DNA from: Oligoflexales bacterium
GTDB lineage: Bacteria > Bdellovibrionota_B > Oligoflexia > Oligoflexales > CAIYRB01
Length of the DNA stretch: 64,000 bases
Reading direction: 5' to 3'
Assembly (NCBI GenBank): GCA_041736175.1
Contig: JBGSUI010000191.1
Location: forward strand, 32,001 to 96,000
The first letter of the stretch is position 1; every line of letters begins with the position of its first letter. Position numbers and translations under genes: made by a program. Below the pieces are notes generated by a model. It did no database searches. It saw nothing but the letters and a program-made list of their open reading frames with translations, and was not told the origin of the DNA. Below are positions 37,827 to 47,905 of the stretch, piece after piece.

Positions 37827-39503
37827 GTGTCAGGCAAGCTTCAGGTGCAAAAGTTATTTTTGGTCGGCTTGGTGTGCACCGTCAATTCCTTTGCCCTAGC
37901 CTATTATTACGCAGACCGTAAGATTGTCGCCACGATCGAGCCGAGCCATTATGCCATCGGAATCGCCCTGTCTCTTGCTGTAGGATTGCTTGCCAGTTGG
38001 ATTCTTGCACATCCCTCAAAAGATAACGAGAGTCTCTCCGAGAGCCTCATCAGTGGAGAGGATGTCGATGTACTAGAGCAAGGAGCTGGTGAATCACAGC
38101 AGTCCCTTGTGGAGAAAAACCGGACTCTGGAGGCCCAGGTCGCTGTGTTGGAGCAGGAGAAACGACAAGCGATCGAAGGCAAAAACAAGATCGATATCGA
38201 GTCTCAAGAATTAGGCAGAATCCTCGCCGAAAAAGAGCAGGCTGAACTCACACAAGTCGAATATCAGCAAAAAATGAATCGAGAATTTGAAGAAAAAAGA
38301 GACCAGCTTGAATTTGAAATCTCGCGGCGTAAGCAAATCCAAGGCACTCTCGAGGCAAACGAGCAGCGTTACCGCGGAATGATTGAAGGCGCTTCAGACG
38401 CCCTACTTTTAAGTTCTTCCCGGGGAGTTGTGGAGTATGCCAGCCCGGCCTCAGAGGAGCTTTTAGGGGTGGCGCCGGAGGATTTGTTAGGGTCGGAGAT
38501 TGATTATGCCATTTCTGATGATCTAGGAAGCCTCAAGAGCTTTATTAATAAAGCAGAAAACAAATCATCCATTGTCTACCGAATCCAGGTCGCAAAAAAA
38601 GGACAACCAATGGTCCAAAAATATGTGTCCCACCATTTGAGCTACCTCGATATACCTGGCAAACGACGTATTCTGATCCATAGCCTCAGAGATGTTTCAG
38701 CTATTAAAACAGCAGAGGCACAAAAAGCCGAATACGAAAAACAACTGTTTCACGCCAGCAAACTCGCTTCTCTCGGAACCATGGGTGCAGGCATAGCCCA
38801 CGAGCTCAACAATCCCCTTTCAGTCATCAAAGGTTTTTCGGAAAAGATCCGCAGCGACCTGCTCAAAACCTTTGGGGATTCCCATAGAACGATCGCTGAA
38901 TTGGACAAAATTTTAAAACAGACTTCACGTATGAAAACGATTATAGATCAACTAAGAGTGTTTAGTCGCAGAGACTCAGGGAAAGAACTATCCGTCGTCA
39001 CCGCAGACCGATTGATCAACGATGCCCTGATCCTCCAAAGGCACCAATTGGCAGGTTCGCAGATTGTCCTAGAAGTCAATATTCCCGATCAAGCTCCTCC
39101 CCTAAACATCAACTTAACCCATTTTGAGTCCGTGATTCAAAACCTGGTATCCAATGCCTACGATGCCCATGTCTCCCGTGCCTTAGCAGGTGCTGCGGGG
39201 GATAGCTCCCCGTGGATCCGCATTTGCTACAAGGTGCCCGATCATAAAACGGTCGAGATTGAGGTCGAAGATAATGCTGGGGGGATACCTAAGGAGGCTC
39301 TCCCAAAAATATTTGACCCCTTCTTTACCACCAAGAGTCCTGGGAAAGGGACCGGGTTGGGTTTAGCCCTGGTGCAAAGTATCATTGCAGATCACCAAGG
39401 GACCATCCAAGTCAAAAGCGAAGAGGGTCAAGGCACTGTCTTTAAAATCACCTTGCCACAATTTCATGATACCTCTACTGTGTCTGAAAAACATTCGGCA
39501 TGA
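37827..39503 (+). CDS. Membrane PAS-domain sensor histidine kinase (orphan)
   Basis: Two TM helices, coiled coil, [37 protein letters not shown]. Confidence 0.95.
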   Translation: MSGKLQVQKLFLVGLVCTVNSFALAYYYADRKIVATIEPSHYAIGIALSLAVGLLASWILAHPSKDNESLSESLISGEDVDVLEQGAGESQQSLVEKNRTLEAQVAVLEQEKRQAIEGKNKIDIESQELGRILAEKEQAELTQVEYQQKMNREFEEKRDQLEFEISRRKQIQGTLEANEQRYRGMIEGASDALLLSSSRGVVEYASPASEELLGVAPEDLLGSEIDYAISDDLGSLKSFINKAENKSSIVYRIQVAKKGQPMVQKYVSHHLSYLDIPGKRRILIHSLRDVSAIKTAEAQKAEYEKQLFHASKLASLGTMGAGIAHELNNPLSVIKGFSEKIRSDLLKTFGDSHRTIAELDKILKQTSRMKTIIDQLRVFSRRDSGKELSVVTADRLINDALILQRHQLAGSQIVLEVNIPDQAPPLNINLTHFESVIQNLVSNAYDAHVSRALAGAAGDSSPWIRICYKVPDHKTVEIEVEDNAGGIPKEALPKIFDPFFTTKSPGKGTGLGLALVQSIIADHQGTIQVKSEEGQGTVFKITLPQFHDTSTVSEKHSA

Positions 39504-39518
39504 GGTTCGATAGATTTT

Positions 39519-40163
39519 ATGGAAGTAAGGCGGGTTTGCGATGAGATCACAAGTCTCTGGCTCGATCTTGGTAACGTCTTAATCCACTTTGACCCCGTGA
39601 AACTCTGGCACCAGGTCGGAACCACCTTAAGTATTTCCCCTGACGAAGCCCGCCACCGACTGGGACAGGACCAACTCCAGGGACGGTATGAAAAGGGACT
39701 CATCGATACCGAGACTTTTTTGCGACGCCTTGCTATGGACAGGCCTTGGACCCCGCGCCTCGCCCAAGACCTTAGCAGTGCCTTTTGTGATATCTTTTTG
39801 CCCAATACTGCCATGATCGATTGGTCCCTTAACATGCAAAGCCAGGGACTGCGCCTAGTATTAGTCTCCAACTCTAATAAACTCCACATAGATTATGTCC
39901 GCCGTTCCTTTCGCCTCTTGGAATATTTTGATCATCTTGTCATTTCTTTTGAGATAAACGCTATGAAACCCGAGATGGAGTTTTTTGAAAAAGCCATCGC
40001 TAAAACCGGAGACGAGGCCCCCCATAAAGCCCTTTATATCGACGATTTGGCTGAAAACATCCAAAGTGGTACAGACTTTGGACTCAGGTCTGTTCAGTTC
40101 AGTGATTTTTCTAATTTCCAAAAATGGCTAGCAGATGCCAGGTTATCTTTTCGTATCAATTAA
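39519..40163 (+). CDS. HAD-superfamily phosphatase (YihX-like)
   Basis: DLGNVL, VSN, MKP, YIDDLAENI. Confidence 0.9.
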   Translation: MEVRRVCDEITSLWLDLGNVLIHFDPVKLWHQVGTTLSISPDEARHRLGQDQLQGRYEKGLIDTETFLRRLAMDRPWTPRLAQDLSSAFCDIFLPNTAMIDWSLNMQSQGLRLVLVSNSNKLHIDYVRRSFRLLEYFDHLVISFEINAMKPEMEFFEKAIAKTGDEAPHKALYIDDLAENIQSGTDFGLRSVQFSDFSNFQKWLADARLSFRIN

Positions 40164-40250
40164 ACGATCGATTTAAAAGCTTATATTTTTATAATCTGCT
40201 AATAAAAGAACTCTTTATTGAGAATCAATGAATTCTTTTTCGGTGGGCAC

Positions 40251-40277
40251 TCAAGTTTGGATCTTGGGAGCCGATCT
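40251..40277 (+). promoter_or_regulatory. sigma28-type promoter
   Basis: TCAA-N15-GCCGATCT. Confidence 0.6.
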
Positions 40278-40319
40278 TAGGATAAGTGTTCGCTGGGACC
40301 TTAAATAAAGAGGTAAACA

Positions 40320-40985
40320 ATGAAAAAATCATACATTTGGATCGTAAAGGGAATTGTGTGCCTAGCATCTTTAGGCTCAAACCTAGGGTTTGCGAAGGCT
40401 GGATTTAATGTGTTTGGTAGCTTTTTTTACGACAAAAGTGCTTTGGATTCAGATCTAAATAGTAATGGAGTCACCACAACCACCTCATCCCAAGACTTCG
40501 CCTTCAATATCGGGGGTGGGTATGCCTTTGACATCGGTCTTTACCTTGGACTTAAGTACTTGGACTATACCAACACCCAAAAAATCTCACTTTACGATGC
40601 TACGGCGATTACGAGTCCTTCACAGACCGTAAAAACCGCTTTTGCTGCTCCGGGAGTGTCCGTAGGATTTGTCGCAGATAAAGGTTTTTATATCCTTGGT
40701 ACTGGATTATTTGTCCCCGAAGAAACAGTGGAAACAACGACCATCAATGGCACGGCCACGTCCTATTCAAAATCAGTGGTCAAGGGCAACTTTGGCTATA
40801 TGGCAGACGTGGGTTTTACCTATCGTTTGTCCACGTCCTTTGGCCTGGGTCCCCAGTTGACCTACTATGCGGCTAATTTTAATAAGCATGCGTCCGTCAG
40901 CGATGGCGAGGCAACTTCGGGTTCCCTTAGCAACTACCGTGAGTCAAGGATTGTCCCCTTTATGGCGATGAGCCTAGCGTTTTAG
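40320..40985 (+). CDS. Small outer-membrane beta-barrel protein
   Basis: Signal peptide, amphipathic strands, C-terminal Phe (MAMSLAF). Confidence 0.78.
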   Translation: MKKSYIWIVKGIVCLASLGSNLGFAKAGFNVFGSFFYDKSALDSDLNSNGVTTTTSSQDFAFNIGGGYAFDIGLYLGLKYLDYTNTQKISLYDATAITSPSQTVKTAFAAPGVSVGFVADKGFYILGTGLFVPEETVETTTINGTATSYSKSVVKGNFGYMADVGFTYRLSTSFGLGPQLTYYAANFNKHASVSDGEATSGSLSNYRESRIVPFMAMSLAF

Positions 40986-41069
40986 CCTTTAACAGATCCA
41001 CCCACTCTCCATTTTAATTCGGCTCGATTCTTGCATTTAGAGAAACCGAATGTTCTTTTGGAGGAAAAA

Positions 41070-41678
41070 ATGGAAAACGGTCTTTTAGCGGCAAACACGT
41101 TGGATCGATTTGATATCCCTACCATCCTAGTCGTTGGGGCAATTGCCACTCTCTTTCATGATGCTTTCCAGCAGTTATTAGTACGTTTTCATTGGGTAAG
41201 ACCCCGCTTGGCAAAGACTGTAGGTTCGATTTTGATTCCTGAAGCTATCTATTCGTCGTTATTGGAGTTTGGTATTCAGCTCGTCCAAGGGGTTTTCGCT
41301 GCCGCAGTGTATTCCTTTGTCTATCATTTCATAAAGCTAGAGACGATAGGAGCCTTTGCGACTTTGGGGATGATGATCGGAGTGGTTCATGGGGTATTTA
41401 TAAGCTTTTTTATCAATATGGGTTTTTCGCGGATAAACCCAAAGGATAAAGCCTTACTTCCTGTGAGTGCTCTCAATATTGCTTTGCAGTCCCTTTTGGG
41501 AGGGATTGTTGGACTGGGGTTTGGGTACCAAACTCTCACCGGAGATTTCTGGAAATTTGCGGGGATTGCCACAGCTCTAGGCTTGATTCTGTGGGTGAGT
41601 GGTCGCTCTGCCATCCGCGCTAAATCCGACTTATCGAGTCCATTGACTCTACGGAGTATTGTGCATAAAGCGCAATAG
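41070..41678 (+). CDS. Polytopic membrane protein
   Basis: GGAGG RBS before ATG 41070; about 5 TM helices. Confidence 0.7.
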   Translation: MENGLLAANTLDRFDIPTILVVGAIATLFHDAFQQLLVRFHWVRPRLAKTVGSILIPEAIYSSLLEFGIQLVQGVFAAAVYSFVYHFIKLETIGAFATLGMMIGVVHGVFISFFINMGFSRINPKDKALLPVSALNIALQSLLGGIVGLGFGYQTLTGDFWKFAGIATALGLILWVSGRSAIRAKSDLSSPLTLRSIVHKAQ

Positions 41679-41687
41679 GGGTTGACA

Positions 41688-42227
41688 CTAAAGTGGCTTT
41701 TCCTGCTGTCCATTAAAGCATTTTACGATACGGCAGAGGTTCCCCGCACCCATCCGGCACTGATTAAGGGCCTCTTTCTGAGCTCCTTGGACATTGCCAC
41801 CTCCTCCAATCCAGGTTCGGGAGGTGTCCAGCTCAGCTCCAAAATCTTGTTCACGGGCAAAGCAGAACCAGTTTTTGAGGGTCTCTCCGGTGAGGAGGGG
41901 AGCCAACCGGGTCGTGTAGACCCGCATGGGAACACATGCAGCATTGATCCCAGAGACCGTGTTACATTGTTCTAAGGCTAGATCTGTTGCTTCTTTTTGG
42001 GTCTTGCCTGTTGTCGTAAATTCTTGTTTAGTTAACAAACTCTTTGCAAGGGCTACATATTTTCCAGTAGGGTTGACAGCAAATTCGGCATAGTGATCGA
42101 AGTCAGAGGTCTCTGGAGGCGGTCCGTTGGTGGTTGCCACGGTGGTATGCGTCTTTTGAGATCTTTGACAGGATCCAAGTCCAAGGCATGTCAATAGGAC
42201 CAGTGATTTTCTGAAGGTTGCTGCCAT
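41688..42227 (-). CDS. Lipoprotein with tandem DUF4189-like Cys-stapled repeats
   Basis: Lipobox LGSC; EATDLALEQC...C and AQKEALNQC...CRIVKC. Confidence 0.65.
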   Translation of the reverse strand: MAATFRKSLVLLTCLGLGSCQRSQKTHTTVATTNGPPPETSDFDHYAEFAVNPTGKYVALAKSLLTKQEFTTTGKTQKEATDLALEQCNTVSGINAACVPMRVYTTRLAPLLTGETLKNWFCFAREQDFGAELDTSRTWIGGGGNVQGAQKEALNQCRMGAGNLCRIVKCFNGQQEKPL

Positions 42228-42292
42228 TGGGCTTGTCTCCCTTTTTCTACAATATAAACCAAACCCGCAATAGGAGCGGTTCCCATGTCCCG

Positions 42293-42308
42293 AGCAAAAA
42301 GGGTGCCA
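42293..42308 (-). promoter_or_regulatory. sigma54 -24/-12 promoter (perfect consensus)
   Basis: TGGCAC-CCTTT-TTGCT, about 66 nt before ATG 42227. Confidence 0.8.
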
Positions 42309-42314
42309 TACCGA

Positions 42315-42776
42315 TCACCCATGGACATGGCATTTGGGACATAGTCCAAAAAACTCTAACCTGTGGCTGACTTCATGGAACCCGTGATTGCTGGGTAAGA
42401 GGGCCTCTAGATCGATGGTGCATGGACCCAAGGGAGTTATGGTACGGCACTTACGGCATACAATATGATGATGGTGGTGATCCATATGGGCTAGCTCAAA
42501 CCGTAGGGTCCCATCCCCAAAGTCACAGCGGCTGACGATTCGCAGCTCTTCAAAACGGGTCATGGTGCGATAGATGGTCGCAAGGTCAGGAGTTTCCTTG
42601 GGATCTAAAGCTCCTATTTTTTGGTGAAGTTCTTCAATCGTAAAAGGACCGTGGTGTTCCAAAAGGAGAGCGATGATCCCCTTACGGGGAGCGGTTTGCT
42701 TAAGACGGTGTTCTTTAAGAAGAGCTATCGCCTTGGCCTTATAAAGGCCGATTTTTTTAGGCAATTGATCACCCAT
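42315..42776 (-). CDS. fur: Fur-family transcriptional regulator (Fur/Zur/PerR)
   Basis: DLATIYRT, HHHHHIVCRKC, HRLEFFGLCPKC. Confidence 0.93.
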   Translation of the reverse strand: MGDQLPKKIGLYKAKAIALLKEHRLKQTAPRKGIIALLLEHHGPFTIEELHQKIGALDPKETPDLATIYRTMTRFEELRIVSRCDFGDGTLRFELAHMDHHHHHIVCRKCRTITPLGPCTIDLEALLPSNHGFHEVSHRLEFFGLCPKCHVHG

Positions 42777-43008
42777 TTGAGTTATGGCCTCCCTGTCCTA
42801 GGCGTCTCCAGTGACCGTCCGGAAAAGCGTCCTTAGTGATATCTCATCCGTCAAAGGATTGGCAAGGTGTCAAACATTCTTACACAGCAGACGGGAGACT
42901 TCATGGCTGGAATTGACAACGCAGGTCGGGGGCTCGAAGCGGCTCACTATGATACAATGGATCTAAATCCTAGGTTTACAGATTTGGATCATTTGAGCGA
43001 GAAACGCG

Positions 43009-43311
43009 ATGAAAGAGATTCTAAAAATCAAAAAAATCTTTATTTTTGTGTCGTTAGGATATTCGTTAGGATTCCTGTGGGGGTCTTGCAAAACCGCTTC
43101 TGAGGAACCACCTCTAGAACCTACTGAATCTGGCATGGAAGCGAGCGCCACCAATCTCTCCCAAAGGCGGGATGAGTTTTTGGCTAAATGCAAAGCCCAG
43201 CTAGCGAGCACTGGAGGGCCAGAGATGCGAAAGATGATGCAAGATTTTCTACACACGGATGATTGCGAAGCGGCATATGAAGTCTTGCATTTGGTGCCCG
43301 AAAAAAACTAG
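43009..43311 (+). CDS. Small lipoprotein
   Basis: Basic N-terminus, hydrophobic stretch, WGSC; two further Cys. Confidence 0.6.
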   Translation: MKEILKIKKIFIFVSLGYSLGFLWGSCKTASEEPPLEPTESGMEASATNLSQRRDEFLAKCKAQLASTGGPEMRKMMQDFLHTDDCEAAYEVLHLVPEKN

Positions 43312-43327
43312 AAAACTCAAGTTTGTT

Positions 43328-43666
43328 TCAAGGTCGCTGATCTTTGATCCAGACTTCGACCGCACTGATCCGATACTCATGATTATCCAGCTGATAGACC
43401 ACTTGATCGACCTGTTCAGCCCGCTGCTTAGCAGGGGTTACCGCTTCTAGAATCCGTTCTATATACCCCTGCATACCTTCCATTAATCCCTCTAAGCGGT
43501 GTACGCTCGACTTAAGAGTGGCGACGTCGGTCTTAAGAGTGGCTACGTCGGTCTTGAGAGTGGCGACGTCGGTCTTTAGGCCATTGATGGAGGGATTCTT
43601 TTCGATCACATCATTTACAAGTTGTTTCAGAGAGTTAGCATCCTGTGTCATTCTATGGTTCCCCAT
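43328..43666 (-). CDS. Short coiled-coil protein with KTDVATL heptad repeats
   Basis: Continuous heptad pattern ending HEYRISAVE; start may be the second Met. Confidence 0.7.
   Translation of the reverse strand: MGNHRMTQDANSLKQLVNDVIEKNPSINGLKTDVATLKTDVATLKTDVATLKSSVHRLEGLMEGMQGYIERILEAVTPAKQRAEQVDQVVYQLDNHEYRISAVEVWIKDQRP
43511..43573 (-). repeat. 3 x 21-bp coding tandem repeat
   Basis: cttaagagtggcgacgtcggt x3 on the plus strand, with synonymous changes only. Confidence 0.92.
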
Positions 43667-43830
43667 TTTAGTATGGTTTTTTACCTATCCACAGGCCCAA
43701 AGCTAGCACTAGTTTTTGCATCTGGGAAACGACAAATTGTGGGCATGAAATTCCCTTGTCGCGGCGGCTTGATAGGAGGTTTCCAGGACGTTTCTAGGGT
43801 GTTTTTTGCGGGGCCATAAAGCTGGTGCCG

Positions 43831-44454
43831 TCAGAGATTGAGATTATTTATAACGTTGCGGATCTCCAAACAGGGGGCTGTGTCTCCTAAAGCAAGGGTA
43901 GAGATTGTCGGCAAACCCCCTTGACTATCCTTAATCTCTAAGTCCAATGACCCTCCGATACAGGTGGCACCCATCGTCGGCCCCCCCGTTGTCTGGGTCG
44001 CAGTCAACCCCGTGGGAAAGGACTTTGCGTTGAGTGCTGTTACAAGGGCACCACAGTTGCTAGCGGATAAAAGAGGAGCTTTAGCCTGTTGGTCCCCAAA
44101 CTCCACGATGATTTCCATGGTCGGTATGCAGATCACGGTCACAATATGGGTTGGTTTAGGAGGATCTACTCTCGGAGCGTCTTGGCCTTGGCTATTTTTT
44201 TGAGGACCTGCGGTGCCCGGAACTCCCGCTTGAGAGGGTTCGTTCTTTTTACTGGCGACAAAAACCTCGCCCAATTTTTCGCCCCCGATAGGCACTTCGT
44301 CTTTAGGGCGATCGTCTTGTCTAGAGTTCCCGTCCAAACCATCGGACTCACGGCCGAGATCCTCTTGGCTTTGGGTATCTTTAAAGGGCTCGGGATAGAG
44401 GACATCGGTGCATCGAAAGAGCAATAAAACAAATATCAGTAAAATTAACTTCAT
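43831..44454 (-). CDS. Lipoprotein with disordered linker and duplicated small Cys domain
   Basis: MKLILLIFVLLLFRC; two C...C-helix units. Confidence 0.65.
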   Translation of the reverse strand: MKLILLIFVLLLFRCTDVLYPEPFKDTQSQEDLGRESDGLDGNSRQDDRPKDEVPIGGEKLGEVFVASKKNEPSQAGVPGTAGPQKNSQGQDAPRVDPPKPTHIVTVICIPTMEIIVEFGDQQAKAPLLSASNCGALVTALNAKSFPTGLTATQTTGGPTMGATCIGGSLDLEIKDSQGGLPTISTLALGDTAPCLEIRNVINNLNL

Positions 44455-44499
44455 TAGCGTAATTCCTTCAGTATGGGGAGGCTATAGTCCCTATTGTTG

Positions 44500-44527
44500 T
44501 TATCGACATTTTTGTGTTTGAAGTTGA
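44500..44527 (-). promoter_or_regulatory. sigma28-type promoter
   Basis: TCAAC-N15-GTCGATAA. Confidence 0.55.
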
Positions 44528-44728
44528 ACAGAGTATTTTTTGTCCAAAAATTAGTGTTTTTTTAGCCGCTTAGATTATAACAGGGTGTTTTATTTATCTC
44601 TCGCTCGAAATGTAGCTTATTTAGTTTTGGGGGTTTCAGGAAATCCTGGTCCAAACTCCTGGGGATTTTAGGGCTGGATGCTGAAGTCATGGGCAAGATT
44701 CTGATATTAAATAACTAAAAAAAAACTT

Positions 44729-44755
44729 TCAAGTTTATCTGTCAGCTTCCGAGTC
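44729..44755 (+). promoter_or_regulatory. sigma28-type promoter
   Basis: TCAA-N15-TCCGAGTC. Confidence 0.4.
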
Positions 44756-44834
44756 CTTCCCTGCGAATTTGGTCGGAGACGGAGTTTCGGCCGCACCTAA
44801 CTTCGAAATGCCTTGAGAACGGGAGACTTTTAAC

Positions 44835-46208
44835 ATGAGCACAATAAAACATCGGACCGCCATAATGAATGCGCACGCCAAAAAATTTGGTTTGCTAACG
44901 ACTTGGTTTTTTGTTTACAGTTGTGGAGGCCAACAGACGAGCTTTCATGGATCCACTGGGACAGTCCAAGAACCACCACCCGCTCCATCACCTCCAGTAA
45001 GTGCCGAAGCAGTGCCTCAGGAACCACCACTGCCTGTGGTTGAGCCTGAATTGCCCGCCAAAGCACCAGTGGTCGCGCCACCACCTGTCCAGCCGCCCCT
45101 TCCTCCTCCACCGGTACCACCCGTAAAAGCTCCGTCTCTTCCGGAGCCAGGTTTAGAGGTCAAAAAACCCCTGCGCCAAGTCACCTGGCTGTGGCAATGC
45201 CAAGCGACGACACCTGGTGGGCCGGTAACACCTCCCGCACCCACCCAAACACCGCAACCCGAAGATGGTACTGCTGTCATCCTAGGTGCAGGGACCCATG
45301 TGCTTGATCGAGATGTAAGCCAAGGCACAAACGTCACCCTTGCTGGAGATCTCTGTGCCCCAGAGGTGCAGCCTAGGGATCTCTTTTTTGTCATCGACAC
45401 CTCCGCGTCCATGGACGGCAATGACCCCTTCGAAAACAACACCTGCGGTCGCGTGCAAGGGGTAGAGGCAGTCCTAAAATCCCTGGCTGTCGGCGAAAAC
45501 CAGATGGGTATTTTGACCTTTAGCTCTAGTGTGAATTTATTTACCAACCAGTTTTACAAGAAACCTACCGAACTCTATGCCGCTCTTGCCCCCCAGGGCA
45601 ATACCGCAGAGGTGATCTGTGGAGAAGACGGAACGACCAACTACCAGGCTGCCATGATCAAGGCCGGAGAGATCCTAGCCCTAGGACGTCCTCAAGCCAC
45701 TAAAGAACTGTTTTTTATCTCTGATGGGGAGCCCAATGGGGGCGAAGATGGGATCGTCGAAGCAGCATCCCTTAAAAATCCTGGAGTCACTATTGGTGGC
45801 AAGTCCTATCCGGTCACCATCGCCACTATTATGCTTAATGGCACCGACACGGTGCTCCAAAACTCCATCGCCTCGAAAGACTCAGCGGGCAAACCCCTCC
45901 ATGTTTTGGTAAACCAAGCAAGTCAACTTGCTAAAGCTTTGAGTGATCTCGCTGAAAATCCAATCGTCAAGGCATCGATGAAATACCGCTCAAAAGCTCA
46001 GGCAAACTTTAGGGAAGTGGATCTCCTTGCCACTGCCGATAATAAAAAATTTCAGCTACCAGCCATCACCTTTACCTTTCAGGAGATGAAGGATGGTATC
46101 GAAGTGATCTACCAGTATACTAACAAACGGGGGCAAACCTCCCAGTCGACTGGGATGATCACCATCGGAGCAACTGCCCCAACTCCTGCACCAACTCCGA
46201 AACCCTAG
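44835..46208 (+). CDS. Pro-rich vWA-domain lipoprotein (putative adhesin)
   Basis: Lipobox VYSC; poly-Pro linker; MIDAS VIDTSASM...TTNY...FISDG. Confidence 0.88.
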   Translation: MSTIKHRTAIMNAHAKKFGLLTTWFFVYSCGGQQTSFHGSTGTVQEPPPAPSPPVSAEAVPQEPPLPVVEPELPAKAPVVAPPPVQPPLPPPPVPPVKAPSLPEPGLEVKKPLRQVTWLWQCQATTPGGPVTPPAPTQTPQPEDGTAVILGAGTHVLDRDVSQGTNVTLAGDLCAPEVQPRDLFFVIDTSASMDGNDPFENNTCGRVQGVEAVLKSLAVGENQMGILTFSSSVNLFTNQFYKKPTELYAALAPQGNTAEVICGEDGTTNYQAAMIKAGEILALGRPQATKELFFISDGEPNGGEDGIVEAASLKNPGVTIGGKSYPVTIATIMLNGTDTVLQNSIASKDSAGKPLHVLVNQASQLAKALSDLAENPIVKASMKYRSKAQANFREVDLLATADNKKFQLPAITFTFQEMKDGIEVIYQYTNKRGQTSQSTGMITIGATAPTPAPTPKP

Positions 46209-46241
46209 GAAACGGTTTCTAAATGGCAAGAGGATTGATCT

Positions 46242-46278
46242 AAAAAAGACAAGGACCGTAAGGTCCTCGTCTTTTTTT
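46242..46278. terminator. Bidirectional rho-independent terminator
   Basis: AAAAAAGACAAGGACC-GTAA-GGTCCTCGTCTTTTTTT between convergent genes. Confidence 0.88.
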
Positions 46279-46299
46279 ACCGAATGTCCTCAGCTTGGT

Positions 46300-46983
46300 T
46301 CAGTTAAATGCATAACGGAAGGTTGCGAGGTTTAGAGCAAGCCCGTTTGTGGTGTCTTTAACTTTAGCTGGTTTTTTGGTGTCTAGGGTCGACATGGTGT
46401 AGGAGAATCCACCAACATAGGAGATATGTTTGGTAACGCCTTTAACCACGTTGACAGAAAGACCGATGTCCATACCGGAGGCATCGGTTTCAGTCGTTGC
46501 GGAGACACCAGTGGCTGCATTGATAGAATCGGCTTTGCTGGTATTGGTCGTGGAATCGATGGAAAGGTCAGCTTCCAGAGCCATGTCTTTACCTAGGGTA
46601 GGCATATAGGTGCCATAGACGCCGTAAACGTTGTTAGTGGTGTCATTTTTAGGTTTGTCAACGGAAGAGCTGTTGATCCCCAAGTTTACACCAGCCTCGA
46701 TGGGTCCCATCGCATAACCAACGGATACTTTTTTGACTGTTGAAAAGGGATAAAGATAGACTTGAACGTTCTCTAGAGAGAATTGAAAATAGCCACCGCT
46801 GTAATCAGCTGTAGAAACTCCAGATTTTTTAGACTTTGTAGAAGTCCCGCCATCGGGCTTATTTTCCATATTGGCGCTGGAGTAACCCAGGAGTGGGAGT
46901 TGGATGGTGAGGTTGTCCCCGGCAAAAGCTTGGCCTTGGATTCCGAAAAGGGCGACAGAGCTGGCTAGAATTCTGCGAAACAT
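46300..46983 (-). CDS. Outer-membrane beta-barrel protein
   Basis: Signal peptide ending AFA; amphipathic strands ending TFRYAFN; strong terminator and AGGAGG RBS. Confidence 0.78.
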   Translation of the reverse strand: MFRRILASSVALFGIQGQAFAGDNLTIQLPLLGYSSANMENKPDGGTSTKSKKSGVSTADYSGGYFQFSLENVQVYLYPFSTVKKVSVGYAMGPIEAGVNLGINSSSVDKPKNDTTNNVYGVYGTYMPTLGKDMALEADLSIDSTTNTSKADSINAATGVSATTETDASGMDIGLSVNVVKGVTKHISYVGGFSYTMSTLDTKKPAKVKDTTNGLALNLATFRYAFN

Positions 46984-47062
46984 CTTGAACCTCCTAAAAT
47001 GTACAATGACAAGACGACTATGGCGTTAAGTTAAACATTTTCTCTGGGTTTGTCACGCGGAT

Positions 47063-47905
47063 TCATGTGCTTAAAATTGTGGACCAGGTGACGAGCAAGG
47101 TATACCCCCTAAGGTGGCCGGTTCCGTTCTTAACTGATTTATCGGTGAGTATAGCTTTTGCAGAGTAAGTGGTATCCATGGGCACAGCAAGACCAAAGGT
47201 CAAAATGTAACCCTCAATGCGGGTCGTCAATAGGTCTTTGGAATTCCCCATTGGACGGGCTTCGTCCAGCCAACTAAAAAAGAGGGCTGGGATAATCGAA
47301 AAGTTTGTCACCCGTATGGAATAGGAATCGATCAGGTCTAAATTGTCTTCCGTTGGTTTGCCGTCAGGTTGGCGTTTGCCATCGTCGCGCCGGTTTCTAC
47401 CCGCAGACCGGCCCATGATATCCCCATAGTTGAGTCCTAAGGCAAAGCCGTATCCCCCAGCAGAGCTGCGGAGGTCGAGGGTCTGTGCGCTAAACCCAGT
47501 CCATAGCGTAGCTCCCGTTCCGACAAAGTCGGCATCGATTTGCTGGCTCTGAATAGGTTCGTAAGGTCCTAAGGTAAAATCCAGAGATCCTAAAAAGTAC
47601 CAACTCTTAGCAAAGTAGCCGGATCCGATCTGGATAGATACTTGGTTGCCTAAGACCTCATATTCGTCACCGGATTTGAGGGTCAACTTTTGGCCAGAAA
47701 GTCCAAATCCCCAGATGCTTCGCTGTGTCTTTTGCTTGGAGATCTGTTGGGCCTCAGACCATAGGACATGGCTGCGTTGCTCGATGACCTCGTCGCTGGC
47801 CCGTGGCGCAGCGGAGGCAGGCCTGATAGCTAACATAAAAGAGCTGGCGGCAAAAAATGCGACTTGGATCTTGAAGCTTTTTCCGTCGTCTCGCTCGTGC
47901 TTCAC
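47063..47905 (-). CDS. Putative outer-membrane beta-barrel protein, translationally coupled to tatC
   Basis: Signal peptide; Gly/aromatic strands; GTGA overlap with the tatC stop. Confidence 0.62.
   Translation of the reverse strand: MKHERDDGKSFKIQVAFFAASSFMLAIRPASAAPRASDEVIEQRSHVLWSEAQQISKQKTQRSIWGFGLSGQKLTLKSGDEYEVLGNQVSIQIGSGYFAKSWYFLGSLDFTLGPYEPIQSQQIDADFVGTGATLWTGFSAQTLDLRSSAGGYGFALGLNYGDIMGRSAGRNRRDDGKRQPDGKPTEDNLDLIDSYSIRVTNFSIIPALFFSWLDEARPMGNSKDLLTTRIEGYILTFGLAVPMDTTYSAKAILTDKSVKNGTGHLRGYTLLVTWSTILST

Noticed and set aside
40205..40240. Fur-box-like ATTGAGAATCAAT upstream of a beta-barrel gene
   Set aside because: Only a partial match in AT-rich DNA
42867..43103. Small ORF with a GGGAG RBS before ATG 42903
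   Set aside because: Overlaps the better-supported lipoprotein gene at 43009 and has no recognisable motif
43511..43573. 21-bp repeats as a CRISPR array
   Set aside because: Contiguous, without spacers and in frame within a coding region
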